DNA of 36,787 nucleotides from Octopus bimaculoides. Taxonomy: Eukaryota. The notes under the pieces are model-generated. The model had not been told where the DNA came from, searched no databases, and was given only the letters and a program-made list of their open reading frames with translations. The number at the start of each line of letters is the position of its first letter. Position 1 is the stretch's first letter. Location of the stretch: assembly GCF_001194135.2 (NCBI RefSeq), contig NC_068999.1:39815007-39851793 (forward strand), in the 5' to 3' direction. The position numbers were made by a program, and so were the translations under genes. Positions 11,994-23,759 of the stretch are shown here, piece by piece.

Positions 11994-12413
11994 TTTGTGC
12001 TATGAATCATACAACTAACACTGATTCTGGGGAAAGCAAAGCCGGGATATGTATTCAAAAGCCGCCAACAAAAACTCAACCACCTGTCATTCATGGATGA
12101 CCTCAAACTTTATGGTAAAGATAAATCCCAAGTCCGTTCCTTCGTTGATACGGTGTAAACTTTTAGTGCTGATATCAGAATGAAGTTCGGACTGAAAAAG
12201 TGTGGTGTGTTAGACTTGAAGAGGGGTAAAATCAAATGTATGGATGGGCTAACGATACCGTCGGGGGAGGTTATGTAGCGGATGGTGCTTGAAAAATAAG
12301 ATGCGTTACCTTAGTTCATTGGTAGCGAAGAGCTAGCGGCGTAGTACATCACCAGCGTTAGAAGCTGTGCAAAGACAACAACAACAACAACAATAATAAT
12401 AATAATAATAATA
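11994..12413 (+). mobile_element. R4/Dong-clade non-LTR retrotransposon fragment (RT core plus presumed 3' end and (CAA/TAA)n tail)
   Basis: The frame from 11994 reads FVL*IIQLTLILGKAKPGYVFKSRQQKLNHLSFMDDLKLYGKDKSQVRSFVDTV*TFSADIRMKFGLKKCGVLDLKRGKIKCMDGLTIPSGEVM*. FMDD lies at 12090-12101, and the NHLxFMDDLKLY and FGLxKC motifs are typical of R4/Dong RTs. In-frame stops show it is dead. Confidence 0.85.
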
Positions 12414-12415
12414 AT

Positions 12416-12504
12416 CGGCTGAATTTGAAATCAGAACGTAGTGACGATCTAAATACTCCTAAGCACTTTGTCCATCGTGCTAATGATTCTGCCAGTTCAC
12501 CGCC
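12416..12504 (-). mobile_element. SINE family A head fragment
   Basis: The reverse complement reads ggcggtgaactggcagaatcattagcacgatggacaaagtgcttagg...gttctgatttcaaattcagccga, which is the family A head truncated after box B. Confidence 0.85.
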
Positions 12505-12572
12505 TTAATAATAATAATTATAGTAGTAGTAGTAGTAGTAGTAGTAATAATAATGATGATGATAATAATAAT

Positions 12573-12780
12573 AGTTGCAAATTTTGCCACACAAGCAGCA
12601 ATTTTGTGTGAGAGGAGGAGTCGATTACATCGACCCAGTATTTCACCTGTACTTATCGTTTCGACCCCGAAGGACGAAAGGTAAAGTCGACCTCAGTGGA
12701 ATTTGAACTCAAAACGTAGCAACGGGCAAAATACCGATAAGCATTTCGTCCACCGCACTAACGTATCTGCCAGCCCCCCC
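12573..12780 (-). mobile_element. SINE family A, near full length
   Basis: The reverse complement reads gctggcagatacgttagtgcgg...gagttcaaattccactgaggtcgactttacctttcgtccttcggggtcgaaacgataagtac...gtgtggcaaaatttgc. Confidence 0.9.
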
Positions 12781-12790
12781 TCTTCTTATT

Positions 12791-12892
<102 letters not shown>

Positions 12893-13599
12893 CAAACAAA
12901 CAAACAAAAAAATATTAAGACAGCAACAGGGAAAAATGAAGACATATAAGAGCAAACCAAAAAAAGGCGACTAAAAAAACCGATTTTTCCTCTTACTGCT
13001 TTATTAATTGCTAATTCCAGAACAATAATGGTAACTCCAGCAAAATAGATTGTAGAAGAAGCGCTAATTGCGGCGTAACACAGAAGAAAAGGAAAACTGC
13101 AGAACATTCTAGAAAAGAAAAAAAAGTAGTAGACCGAAAATAAATAAACAATATATAAGAGAAAATTCGTTAGCAAGAAATATTCTAATTATTTCAAGGA
13201 ATATTAATCATTCGACTAATTAGAAGTTTCACGGCTGCTTAAGCACTACAATTTATTTTTTTCTTTATATATAGTTTATAATGTTTTTTATTTGCTCATT
13301 TTAGCGGTTTTTATATTGAAATCAAGACTAGAATCTTTTTTTGTTTTCTTTTCTTCTTACTATTAGTGTTGTCGGATATTTTGTGAATATTTTCGTTAGT
13401 TTTAGCTTCAGTATTTCATTTAGTTTTCTTTCTTCTTCTTTAATGTAAATTATATTTGTCACTTTACAAAAATAGCAAAATGAGACAAGTTCGTTTTGCA
13501 TTCAAACAAACGACTAGAACAGAACTTCGTATGCATGTGTGCATATATTCAGATACACATACGCATGTGCACATGCACACAGGTATACACTTATATATA

Positions 13600-13647
<48 letters not shown>

Positions 13648-13688
13648 TACACAAATATATATGTATATACACATACATATACACTCAC

Positions 13689-14081
13689 NNNNNNNNNNNN
13701 NNNNNNNNNNNNNNNNNNNNNNNNNNNNNNNNNNNNNNNNNNNNNNNNNNNNNNNNNNNNNNNNNNNNNNNNNNNNNNNNNNNNNNNNNNNNNNNNNNNN
13801 NNNNNNNNNNNNNNNNNNNNNNNNNNNNNNNNNNNNNNNNNNNNNNNNNNNNNNNNNNNNNNNNNNNNNNNNNNNNNNNNNNNNNNNNNNNNNNNNNNNN
13901 NNNNNNNNNNNNNNNNNNNNNNNNNNNNNNNNNNNNNNNNNNNNNNNNNNNNNNNNNNNNNNNNNNNNNNNNNNNNNNNNNNNNNNNNNNNNNNNNNNNN
14001 NNNNNNNNNNNNNNNNNNNNNNNNNNNNNNNNNNNNNNNNNNNNNNNNNNNNNNNNNNNNNNNNNNNNNNNNNNNNNNNNN
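13689..14081. other. Assembly gap (393 N)
   Basis: N run between TA/CA-rich tracts. Confidence 1.
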
Positions 14082-14569
14082 TATATATATACATATATAT
14101 ATTTATATATATATATATTTAAGCACATATGCTCACGTAAATAAATAAATATAAACATAACTACATGCATATATACGAAAAACATGTGAGTATTGGTACA
14201 TACATGTATAAATCTATATATAAAATGCGAGAGAAAGCGAGGTAGACGGACAGATTGCATGAGACGGTATACCAGCGTGTTGTTTATTCTAAATGTGAGA
14301 CAAAGCTTATTTCCTGACGTATAATGTTGTCGGTGGCAAAGTCATTTCGTGAATTGACACGTCCAACAAAGAGTTGCCGATGCCAATAGAGGTCAGACAT
14401 GAGAATTAGTGGAACATTTGTTCAAAAACTCTTAAGACGAAATTACTTCTAACGAATGTATAGTGGTGCATCATATTACAGTCTTCAATGTTCACCGTCA
14501 CTTTACAATTAATTTGATTATATAATAGTCTCCCCCATACAAATATGTAGGTACACACAAACACAAAAT

Positions 14570-14732
14570 GCATGGCTCTGAGGTAAGAACTTTATCTCCA
14601 AAATACTTTGTTCCGGGTTCTCTGTAACTGCGTGGCCCCGTAATCAAGTGTCGCCTTCTGCCATAACTTCGAGCCTGCCAAAATCTTGTGTGTGGATTTG
14701 GTAAACAGAAACTGAAAGAAGCCCGTCGTATA
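14570..14732 (+). mobile_element. SINE family B (probable CORE-like octopus SINE), diverged
   Basis: gcatggctctgaggtaagaa...ccgggttc...tgcgtggc...caagtgtc, then gtggatttggtaaacagaaactgaaagaagcccgtcgtata and a TA/TG tail. It shares its head with 27630-27697. The CORE-like assignment is from recall, not from an alignment. Confidence 0.7.
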
Positions 14733-14844
14733 TCTATCTATCTATATAGATATATATATGTGTGTGTGTGTGCGCGGTACGTGCGTGTGCGGTGTGATTT
14801 TTTTGTGTGTATGTGTGTATATATATATACATATGTATCTATCA

Positions 14845-15187
14845 GTGGAGGTGCAATTGCCTAGTGGTTCGGGTTGCGGACTCGCGGTCATAGGATCGCG
14901 GTTTCGATTCCCAGACCGGGCGTTGTGAGTGTTTATTGAGCGAAAACACCTAAAGCTCCACGAGGCTCTGGCAGGGGATGGTGGCAAACCCTGCTGTACT
15001 CTTTCACCACAACTTTCTCTCACTCTTACTTCCTGATTCTGTTGTGCCTTTATTTGAAGGGCCCAGCCTTGTCACTCCATATCACTCTTTATATCCCTGA
15101 GAACTACGTTAAGGGTACACGTGTCTGTGGAGTGCTCAGCCACTTGCACGTTAATTTCACGAGCAGGCTGTTCCGTTGATCGGATCA
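14845..15187 (+). mobile_element. tRNA-derived SINE family C (3' end lost in gap)
   Basis: Pol III box A-like ttgcctagtgg (14857-14867) and box B-like ggtttcgattcc (14900-14911) lie in a tRNA-like head followed by about 270 bp of GC-richer non-tRNA body. There is no 3' acceptor stem, so it is a SINE and not a tRNA gene. Confidence 0.85.
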
Positions 15188-15672
15188 NNNNNNNNNNNNN
15201 NNNNNNNNNNNNNNNNNNNNNNNNNNNNNNNNNNNNNNNNNNNNNNNNNNNNNNNNNNNNNNNNNNNNNNNNNNNNNNNNNNNNNNNNNNNNNNNNNNNN
15301 NNNNNNNNNNNNNNNNNNNNNNNNNNNNNNNNNNNNNNNNNNNNNNNNNNNNNNNNNNNNNNNNNNNNNNNNNNNNNNNNNNNNNNNNNNNNNNNNNNNN
15401 NNNNNNNNNNNNNNNNNNNNNNNNNNNNNNNNNNNNNNNNNNNNNNNNNNNNNNNNNNNNNNNNNNNNNNNNNNNNNNNNNNNNNNNNNNNNNNNNNNNN
15501 NNNNNNNNNNNNNNNNNNNNNNNNNNNNNNNNNNNNNNNNNNNNNNNNNNNNNNNNNNNNNNNNNNNNNNNNNNNNNNNNNNNNNNNNNNNNNNNNNNNN
15601 NNNNNNNNNNNNNNNNNNNNNNNNNNNNNNNNNNNNNNNNNNNNNNNNNNNNNNNNNNNNNNNNNNNNNNNN
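15188..15672. other. Assembly gap (485 N)
   Basis: N run truncating SINE family C. Confidence 1.
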
Positions 15673-16525
15673 ATATATATATATATATATATATATATAT
15701 ACGTTGACATAGATAGATAGAGAGATAGAGACATAAAAAAATAGGCGTATGAGTGAGCGTGTGTACATGTGTTCGCATATCTGTATATGCATATCTTATA
15801 TATGCATATAAGGATTTGGCGTCACTAACTAATTGTTGCATTCATCCCAAATTAAATAATATACAAGTTTACTGTATTGTAATTTGTGTTAGCTTTGCGT
15901 TACACAACATTATATAACCGTCTATTGAGAATTATTTTATTGTAATTTCTCGTTGCAATTATTTTTGTAATTCGAGAAGACATCTTTGCGTGTTTTTTTT
16001 TTTAACTTGAGTTGAGAACTGAGTGTTGTGAAATTAACAGCACACTTCGTGACTAGTGTTTGTGTTTCTTCAATGAGGCATACATTATACGAACTTCACT
16101 TGAAATTTTCGTTGAAGTATTTAATGGGGAAAAGAATGAGATAAACAACAAAAAGAAAACTAAGAACTGATACAAAATGGAGGAGGGATAGATTGTGAAA
16201 AAGATAAAGAAAAGAACATGATGAATATGAAGAAGTTCAAGATAAATACAGAAGACTTATAGACGAACAGCACCACTATGAATAATAGCCCCCGATGAAC
16301 ATATCGCCAACAACAATTCATTCAAATTTTGGCACAACCCTAGAAGGGAGCATTCGATTAAATTTATACGGACCCCAGTATTTACAAGTACGTTATTTGT
16401 TGATTTTGGACAGCTGAAAATCACAATTGACTTCGGCGGCAATTGAGTTCAAAAAGAACACGCCAAAAATAGTGCTACTAAACATACCAACTGCGAGCTA
16501 AATATTTTGCCAGATCACCATAACA

Positions 16526-16526
<1 letters not shown>

Positions 16527-16576
<50 letters not shown>

Positions 16577-16696
16577 TCACACACATACACACACACAATA
16601 ATAATAATAATCAACACTAAAAACAAAAATGGCATTTAAGGTGGTGGTGGTGGTGGTGATGATGATGATGATGTTGATGATGACGGTGCTGATGAT
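16527..16696. repeat. Compound (CT)n/(CA)n/(TAA)n and (GGT)n/(GAT)n tracts
   Basis: Directly visible. Confidence 0.9.
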
Positions 16697-16793
16697 TCTA
16701 AACTTCTGCACCAGGCCAACCATTTTAGCGGGACGTGTAAAGCAGTTACATCAATCCCTTACTTAATTAGTCTTTATTTTATTGACCCCGAAA
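16695..16793 (-). mobile_element. SINE family A 3' half
   Basis: The reverse complement reads tttcggggtcaataaaataaagactaattaagtaagggattgatgtaac...ggcctggtgcagaagtttagaatc, followed by a (TCA)n tail. Confidence 0.7.
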
Positions 16794-17778
16794 TTGTGTA
16801 ATAAGTATGCTATAACCATACCTTACTGAACCTATCCGCCTCTCTCTTCATTTATGTTCTCACTCCCTCCTCGCAGTCCCTTTTCCCCTTACCTATCAAT
16901 TTGTTATAGAAGACTTCTTATGTAGCATTTAAGTTTGAACCTTGAAAGGATTGACTCTACATTTGCCAGCTCATAATGATCAGAAGTTAAAATTGGTGTG
17001 ACTTTAAAGTATATTTGGCTGCTGTTTGTAGGAGGTCAATCAACCTCATAGAAGCCATATCATTAGCTTGATATAATAGCAAGTAAGTCGTGTGTGGCTG
17101 TATCGTGCAACAGCTTATGATATAAGTGGCAGCTATTAGAATCTCGCATATTTTATTGTCAGCTCCTGAAAATTTCACGAGGCAAAATGACTAGTGTTCA
17201 TAAGGCACCTCTATACAATATATCGTATTATCAAACGGAGTGTCATTAAAACTATAAATGATTTGTGATTCGCTAAGTGGCCCTTCTCTTGCTGTAGCCT
17301 GTCACAGCAAACGGTCTGTATTGACAATTTATATTACAATAATAACTTGCATGTGGCTTCAACATCCTCTTACTTAGAAAATATTAGCCTCTGTTTATTT
17401 CCAAAATGTCATGGGGATCGATTGAGATAAATATATAAGTCGCACAATAGAAGAAGGCCAGAAATTGAGAACTGTATATTTCTCATCAACGGAGTTGTGC
17501 CTCGGGAAACGAGTGATGATAATTGAATGGTATTCGATCACGATGGTGAATAATATCGCCATAATTTAGAGAATGGAATATATTACAATCTGGCATTATA
17601 TGTATTGCTTGAGTAATAATGTAACAATAGGTCTATGGTTGAAGATAACACAATACACTGTGTATGCTATTTACTATACACATCTCGAAGACGTGTGCGC
17701 GTGAGTGTAAATCTGCATAGTAATTTACTAATAGCCATGTATCAATTTAATGATTGAATACTGATTAAATGTTTCATA

Positions 17779-17820
<42 letters not shown>

Positions 17821-17948
17821 NNNNNNNNNNNNNNNNNNNNNNNNNNNNNNNNNNNNNNNNNNNNNNNNNNNNNNNNNNNNNNNNNNNNNNNNNNNNNNNN
17901 NNNNNNNNNNNNNNNNNNNNNNNNNNNNNNNNNNNNNNNNNNNNNNNN
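17821..17948. other. Assembly gap (128 N)
   Basis: N run inside (TA)n. Confidence 1.
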
Positions 17949-18019
<71 letters not shown>

Positions 18020-18592
18020 TGTGTGCGTATACATATGATGCATACATTTGTACATACATATAAATGCACGTATATATATTTTCATTCAATATAGTATTAT
18101 GCCTGAAACGATTTATGAATCTATGATTGTATATTGTGTAAAGAATTTTCTTAATTTCGGTGAGAGTTAGGGGTCTGCTACCCATCATTAATTCCGGGTG
18201 TTTTCGCGTGATTCCCTCACAGCATAACCTCGAACAATCTCATGTATTATTCTTGTATAAATCTGTAACATCGTTCTTGAATCAGAAATCAATAACCGCT
18301 AATTAATTAATTATACGTTAAGTTTTTCCCTCCTTATCACTACACTAGACTTCGTACAGAATGAAATATCAGCTATCTCCATCGTAATTATCAACGATAG
18401 TAAAGAATTGGCAAAGCAGAAACAGTATAGTACTTTGTATGAAGAGTAAATATTACTGATATGTAACATGTGCACAGAATGTCCATTTTCTGAAAACGAT
18501 GACAGGCGAATTAACAGACAAGAATGTATGGCGGTCTTTTATTATTTTCATTGACACCTTTACTATGGCAGATGTTTCACACCGACACTCTA

Positions 18593-18890
<298 letters not shown>

Positions 18891-20426
18891 TCTTTTTATG
18901 GAAGGGGTATCGGATTGAATAAATAATCTGTCACAGTGGAAATGAAAAGTGGTGTAATTATACACCCCTTTTTTTTTCGCAGGCATAACAGATTCCATCA
19001 AACCTCAACATCTTCTTTCTGTGTTGTCATGACAATAAGGCTATCTTTGCAAAATACACCCACAAACAAAAACGATCATTTTTCATAAAAATTACAATAC
19101 ATTGTATTACAATATCTAGAGGAGAATAACTTGCAATTTAATTCTTCAAAGCCGTTAAGCAATCTAACACTCACAATCATTGATAATCTGTTCCATCAAC
19201 CACGAAAAGATAACATAGCATAGTTAAGGTATATAACATTGATAAGCTTTTATCTTCAGGGAAATAAAATAAATGTTTTGGCGTTTATCAAATGATGAAT
19301 ATAAAGCTAATGTAAGACCCGGAACTGCACATGCAGCCAAATCTACAGTGTTGCCGCTAAATGTGCATAGGAATTCTAGAAGAAAAATAATTCCCAAAAG
19401 CATTAAACCTCTGGCATTTCCTGCTGAGAACCGTATTAATGCCGCATTCTATTTGATATTCATTATTAAATTGTTTTTCTATGGTATCATGCATTTGTAA
19501 ATAATAGTAACATTTGTTCAGAGATTTCTATCAGGCAAATTACAGTGATTTAATCTAGAATTAGTCGTTATTTCTAGCTTCGTGTGTTACCCAATAGAGG
19601 CTCACGTAACTGCATTATATGACTGATGACAGATCGAAAGTGCGATTGAAGTTCTGAACTCTTCATTGATTTTTTTATTTTATCGTCGACTACTACGTAG
19701 AATCTATTTCCATAAGATTTAGCGACCCCGAAGTTGATTTTCTTTAGGAGTTTATATCGAAATACATATATCTGCATCATATTTACGTTGGTTGATAGCG
19801 CAGAGCTTCGGCACGTTTCATCCAAATCTCAGTACCTAACGAGCCAGAGAATATACAGCTCTGTATTTCATTATGCATATAAAGTTGTCACCCATGTGTT
19901 ATCTCCAGGAATGGTCGGCTTGTTTGTTCTACAACCTGTGGTGTTTTATTAATTATCTCGCTTGATACCTGCAGGCCGAACGCTCTGAATAAACTACGTG
20001 AGGTTATGAGTGTTTCTTATCAAACTTTATAAACTATAATTCAAGGAAATATTATCTAAATCTATAAAGAGGAACCATGTCGAGGCTGACGTTGGAGAAG
20101 CAGCAGACATTTTACACATCAAGTATCACATCTTTTTCTTAATAGCTAAAACCTACAATGCATTTAAATCTCGCAGAACAAGCGACTGTTACAATGTTAA
20201 AGACACGAATAATTTGTAATATATATTTGCGAGATGAAGGTCAATATTAGAATAAACAATCATTGTAAATTTGCAAAAAGACATGGCAAATAGAGATCTG
20301 TGTGGTTAGTGAATGGCAATACGGTTTTATAAAAATTAAATGTCAGCTTTCCAGTGACATAGAATAGGATTCCATCTCAATGAAAGGAAAATTTTACACG
20401 ATGACTTCATGACATTCGCTGTGCCA

Positions 20427-20592
20427 TGTGCGTGTGAGTGTGTGAGTGTGTGTGTGTGTGAGCGTGCGTGCGAGAGTGAGTGTGCGTATGTGTGCGTGTC
20501 TGTATGTGTGTGTGTGTCTGTATGTGTGCGTGTGTCTGCATGTGTGTGTGTCTGTATGTGTGTGTGTCTGTGTGTGTGTGCGCGCGCGCATG
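20427..20592. repeat. Imperfect (TG)n-based compound repeat
   Basis: Directly visible. Confidence 0.9.
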
Positions 20593-21701
20593 TACGTGTG
20601 TTCACCTTTAAACTTACCTGCATAATGTAAGGTTTTTCTATCCCGAAGAGGAAGGCGCCATTTTCCAATATTAGTATGGATCCTCAAGCATCACGATACA
20701 GCTGTTGGACTTATAATACATTACATTCACTTCTTTAATTTCTTCTGTCGTTTGGACTTTGTGTAAGTGTGATCTATTCATATATAAATATCTCTCCATA
20801 TATATATATATATATATATATATATGCTTAAATATTCATCGTGTGAAAATCTTTTGCCTGTATATATGCGTATATATATATTTTGAAGACCAAACTCAGG
20901 CTGTTAAATTTACTTTGTTTATCTGGATAATTGCCTCTATAAATGTACAAGTGAATATATGCATGCTTATGTATATGCAGACACACAAATACACGCACAC
21001 CCACGCACTCACACACGCACCCACACACACGCACAAAAGCACGTTTATATATGCATTCAAGCCTCCAGATTGTTTACTGCTACATGAACCATAACACCTG
21101 ATTAAATATGTTTACTGTACTGTTCCCCTTTACACGCACTGGTTATATTCGGGTGCGTGTGTGTATTTGTGTGTTTCTGTGTGCGCACACACGCAAGTGA
21201 GTGTGTATTAGTAGACATGAATTTATATATTGAACTTCCTTCAAACATTTCAGTATATCTATAATTATAGGGTGAATTCATGAATGTAATACACAGTTTC
21301 AGTAAGAATCTCATATGAGAAATTAAAATTCTTTGAGGGCATCTACGACATAAGATTAACTGGCTCGAATGTACCACAGAATCGCTATAAAGAGCTTAGA
21401 GGGGATTGCTTAATTTAATTCGTCTCGGGAATATATCTTTTCACATTGGAATTTCTGAATGAAAAGCAAGCCGTGGCAATGAGTTCGTTCTGTATAAATA
21501 AATTATTATTTCACAGCTGTGTATATATTGACATGTTTTCTACAAGTATTTATTAGTCACATATATTTTATAGCGTGGATAAACATTCTGAGAAAGGCTA
21601 ACACTAGCGTATGGATATATATGTATAAATATATCCACATGCGTACATTTTTAAGTAGATGTGTGTACCAGTATATATATATATATTATATATATATATA
21701 T

Positions 21702-21856
21702 NNNNNNNNNNNNNNNNNNNNNNNNNNNNNNNNNNNNNNNNNNNNNNNNNNNNNNNNNNNNNNNNNNNNNNNNNNNNNNNNNNNNNNNNNNNNNNNNNNN
21801 NNNNNNNNNNNNNNNNNNNNNNNNNNNNNNNNNNNNNNNNNNNNNNNNNNNNNNNN
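21702..21856. other. Assembly gap (155 N)
   Basis: N run inside (TA)n. Confidence 1.
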
Positions 21857-22924
21857 TATATATATATATATGTACAACAAGCTATCCTCAAATAAACATA
21901 TAAACATGCGCAAATACGTGTGCAAGTGCTCTCCTCTTATCAGATGTGCAAATGCAAAAACATGTTTATCCAGTCACGCACGCGCACACACATAAATGTA
22001 TGTAATAATATACATGTGTACGCAACATATGTGAATGGAAACTTGTATATAAGAAGGTCTAAAATCCGTAGTAGTTTGAAAAAGTATCCATCATCTACGT
22101 TGAATGATTCCCCTGCAATTATTTTAGAAGCACTATTGAATTCATAATTAAGACTTTTAAGACACCTTGTTGAAATTTAACTATCACTGACGCATGTTTC
22201 ATTCAAAATGTAACCCTTCAACACTCCTTATAAATAATTGTATGAATAAACCCTAAAAGTAAGTAAAAAACTGCTAGTTGCCGAAACATCATATCAACCA
22301 GCTAGGATAAATATTCTGACGTTTGTCGACAATGCTTGTAACGTAAATCACAACGCGCAGTAGATTTTTGACCTCTCTAACCTGCACCTATCTCACTATC
22401 TAACTTAATTTTTTGCTCCTGTGTTCCGTACATCAACTACAAATAATTTAACTAACAAAGCTGCAAAACGTCCTTACTAACCGTTCGTTTCTACCCTCAA
22501 CTCTACACCCTTGGCATTTGCTTTCTTCTCCTTTATCAACATTTTCCATCGTTCTATCACTTCTTCCTCCTTTTAAATACCTTTCCTCCTAACCACCTAT
22601 AAAAATAAATAAACTCCTGTGGCATACATTTGTGTAGTTATTCTTCTCCTTCCACAGGATGAATCTCAGGTAATCAAAATATTCACCACCTGAAGTCAAA
22701 GTAATTTACATTCCGAGACAACACTTCAAATTAATTGACGATATGTCCTTCTGAAAATAAAACACATAAGTTACTCTACTGAAAGATACTTCCTTTTTAA
22801 TGTCTATCTATGTCATCTACATTCAATACATACATATATGTATATATACATATATATATGTATGTATAATGACATGAAAAGGTAAGATCCAAGGATATAT
22901 AAAAGGATATAAAAGTATATCAAA

Positions 22925-22965
<41 letters not shown>

Positions 22966-23574
22966 CATAAATGTAATGAAATACACAACACACAATAATA
23001 TATTGGGCTGCTGTCCAATCAACACAATTTTGCTGACGTTGCAATATAAACTATGGGTAGATAAATTTGTGTTCAATTTCCGCTGAACTCACTTTACCTG
23101 CATGAAAATGTTGCTCTGGAAGAGAAAATAAATCCCGTCTCCCATGTATAGTAAGTATTGTCGCGTAAAATTGAGAGAAGTATTAGATGAGCAAAGAGAT
23201 GCAGAAATCCATTACGGTTTATAGCCATTTTCTCCTGCTCTAGAATCATTTAGGGATTACATAGCTGATCATGCTCCCATGTGCCGATCATGTAATGATA
23301 CACTTAGATGAAATAGCGATAAATGATTTCATTGTGCTGTTTTAATTCGTTAGGAACTACATTTTCTATTGTTGTGTTGGAAAAAAAAAGTTTCTACTCT
23401 CTTCTCTTTTTTGGTTCTACCATTTATTATGATCCCCTGGTACTAAGAAATATCTATATGTATTTCATATCTTAATTCGCTAAAAAGCATTTTTCTGCTT
23501 GATCGTTTATGATAAGAGTAACATGTGATTGAGTGATCAAATTCATTGGCAATATTCGTGAACAAATATGTTGG

Positions 23575-23604
23575 GTAGCCGTCATCGTCGTAGCCGTCAT
23601 CGTC
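23575..23604. repeat. Perfect 15-bp tandem duplication (gtagccgtcatcgtc)x2
   Basis: Directly visible. Confidence 0.9.
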
Positions 23605-23605
23605 G

Positions 23606-23690
23606 TTGTTGCCTATTTTGTTGTTGTTTAGTCCCAGGCCAAACCTAATTGAGAAGAGCTCGGATAAAATATACACCAGATACCACCATT
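23606..23690 (+). mobile_element. Short interspersed repeat remnant after a (GTT)n tract
   Basis: gttgttgtttagtcccaggccaaacctaattgagaagagctcggataaaa resembles a common octopus repeat as I recall it; only a weak similar segment exists near 27527-27565. Confidence 0.3.
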
Positions 23691-23759
23691 CATTCATTTC
23701 AGAGCGTTACCTAGTATTATGATAAACATTGTATCACTTGCTTTTTTGTTTTACGACAG

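Noticed and set aside
14845-14920. Possible tRNA gene
   Set aside because: Boxes A and B are present, but there is no complete cloverleaf or 3' acceptor stem, and it continues into a SINE body.
16257-16445. piggyBac-like words (LIDEQ, EHSIKFIRTP)
   Set aside because: Motif spacing and order do not fit the piggyBac DDD domain, and no TTAA-flanked termini were found.
19623-19645. CTGATGA-cagatc-GAAA hammerhead-like core
   Set aside because: No stem II pairing, no NUH after a valid stem III and no stem I.
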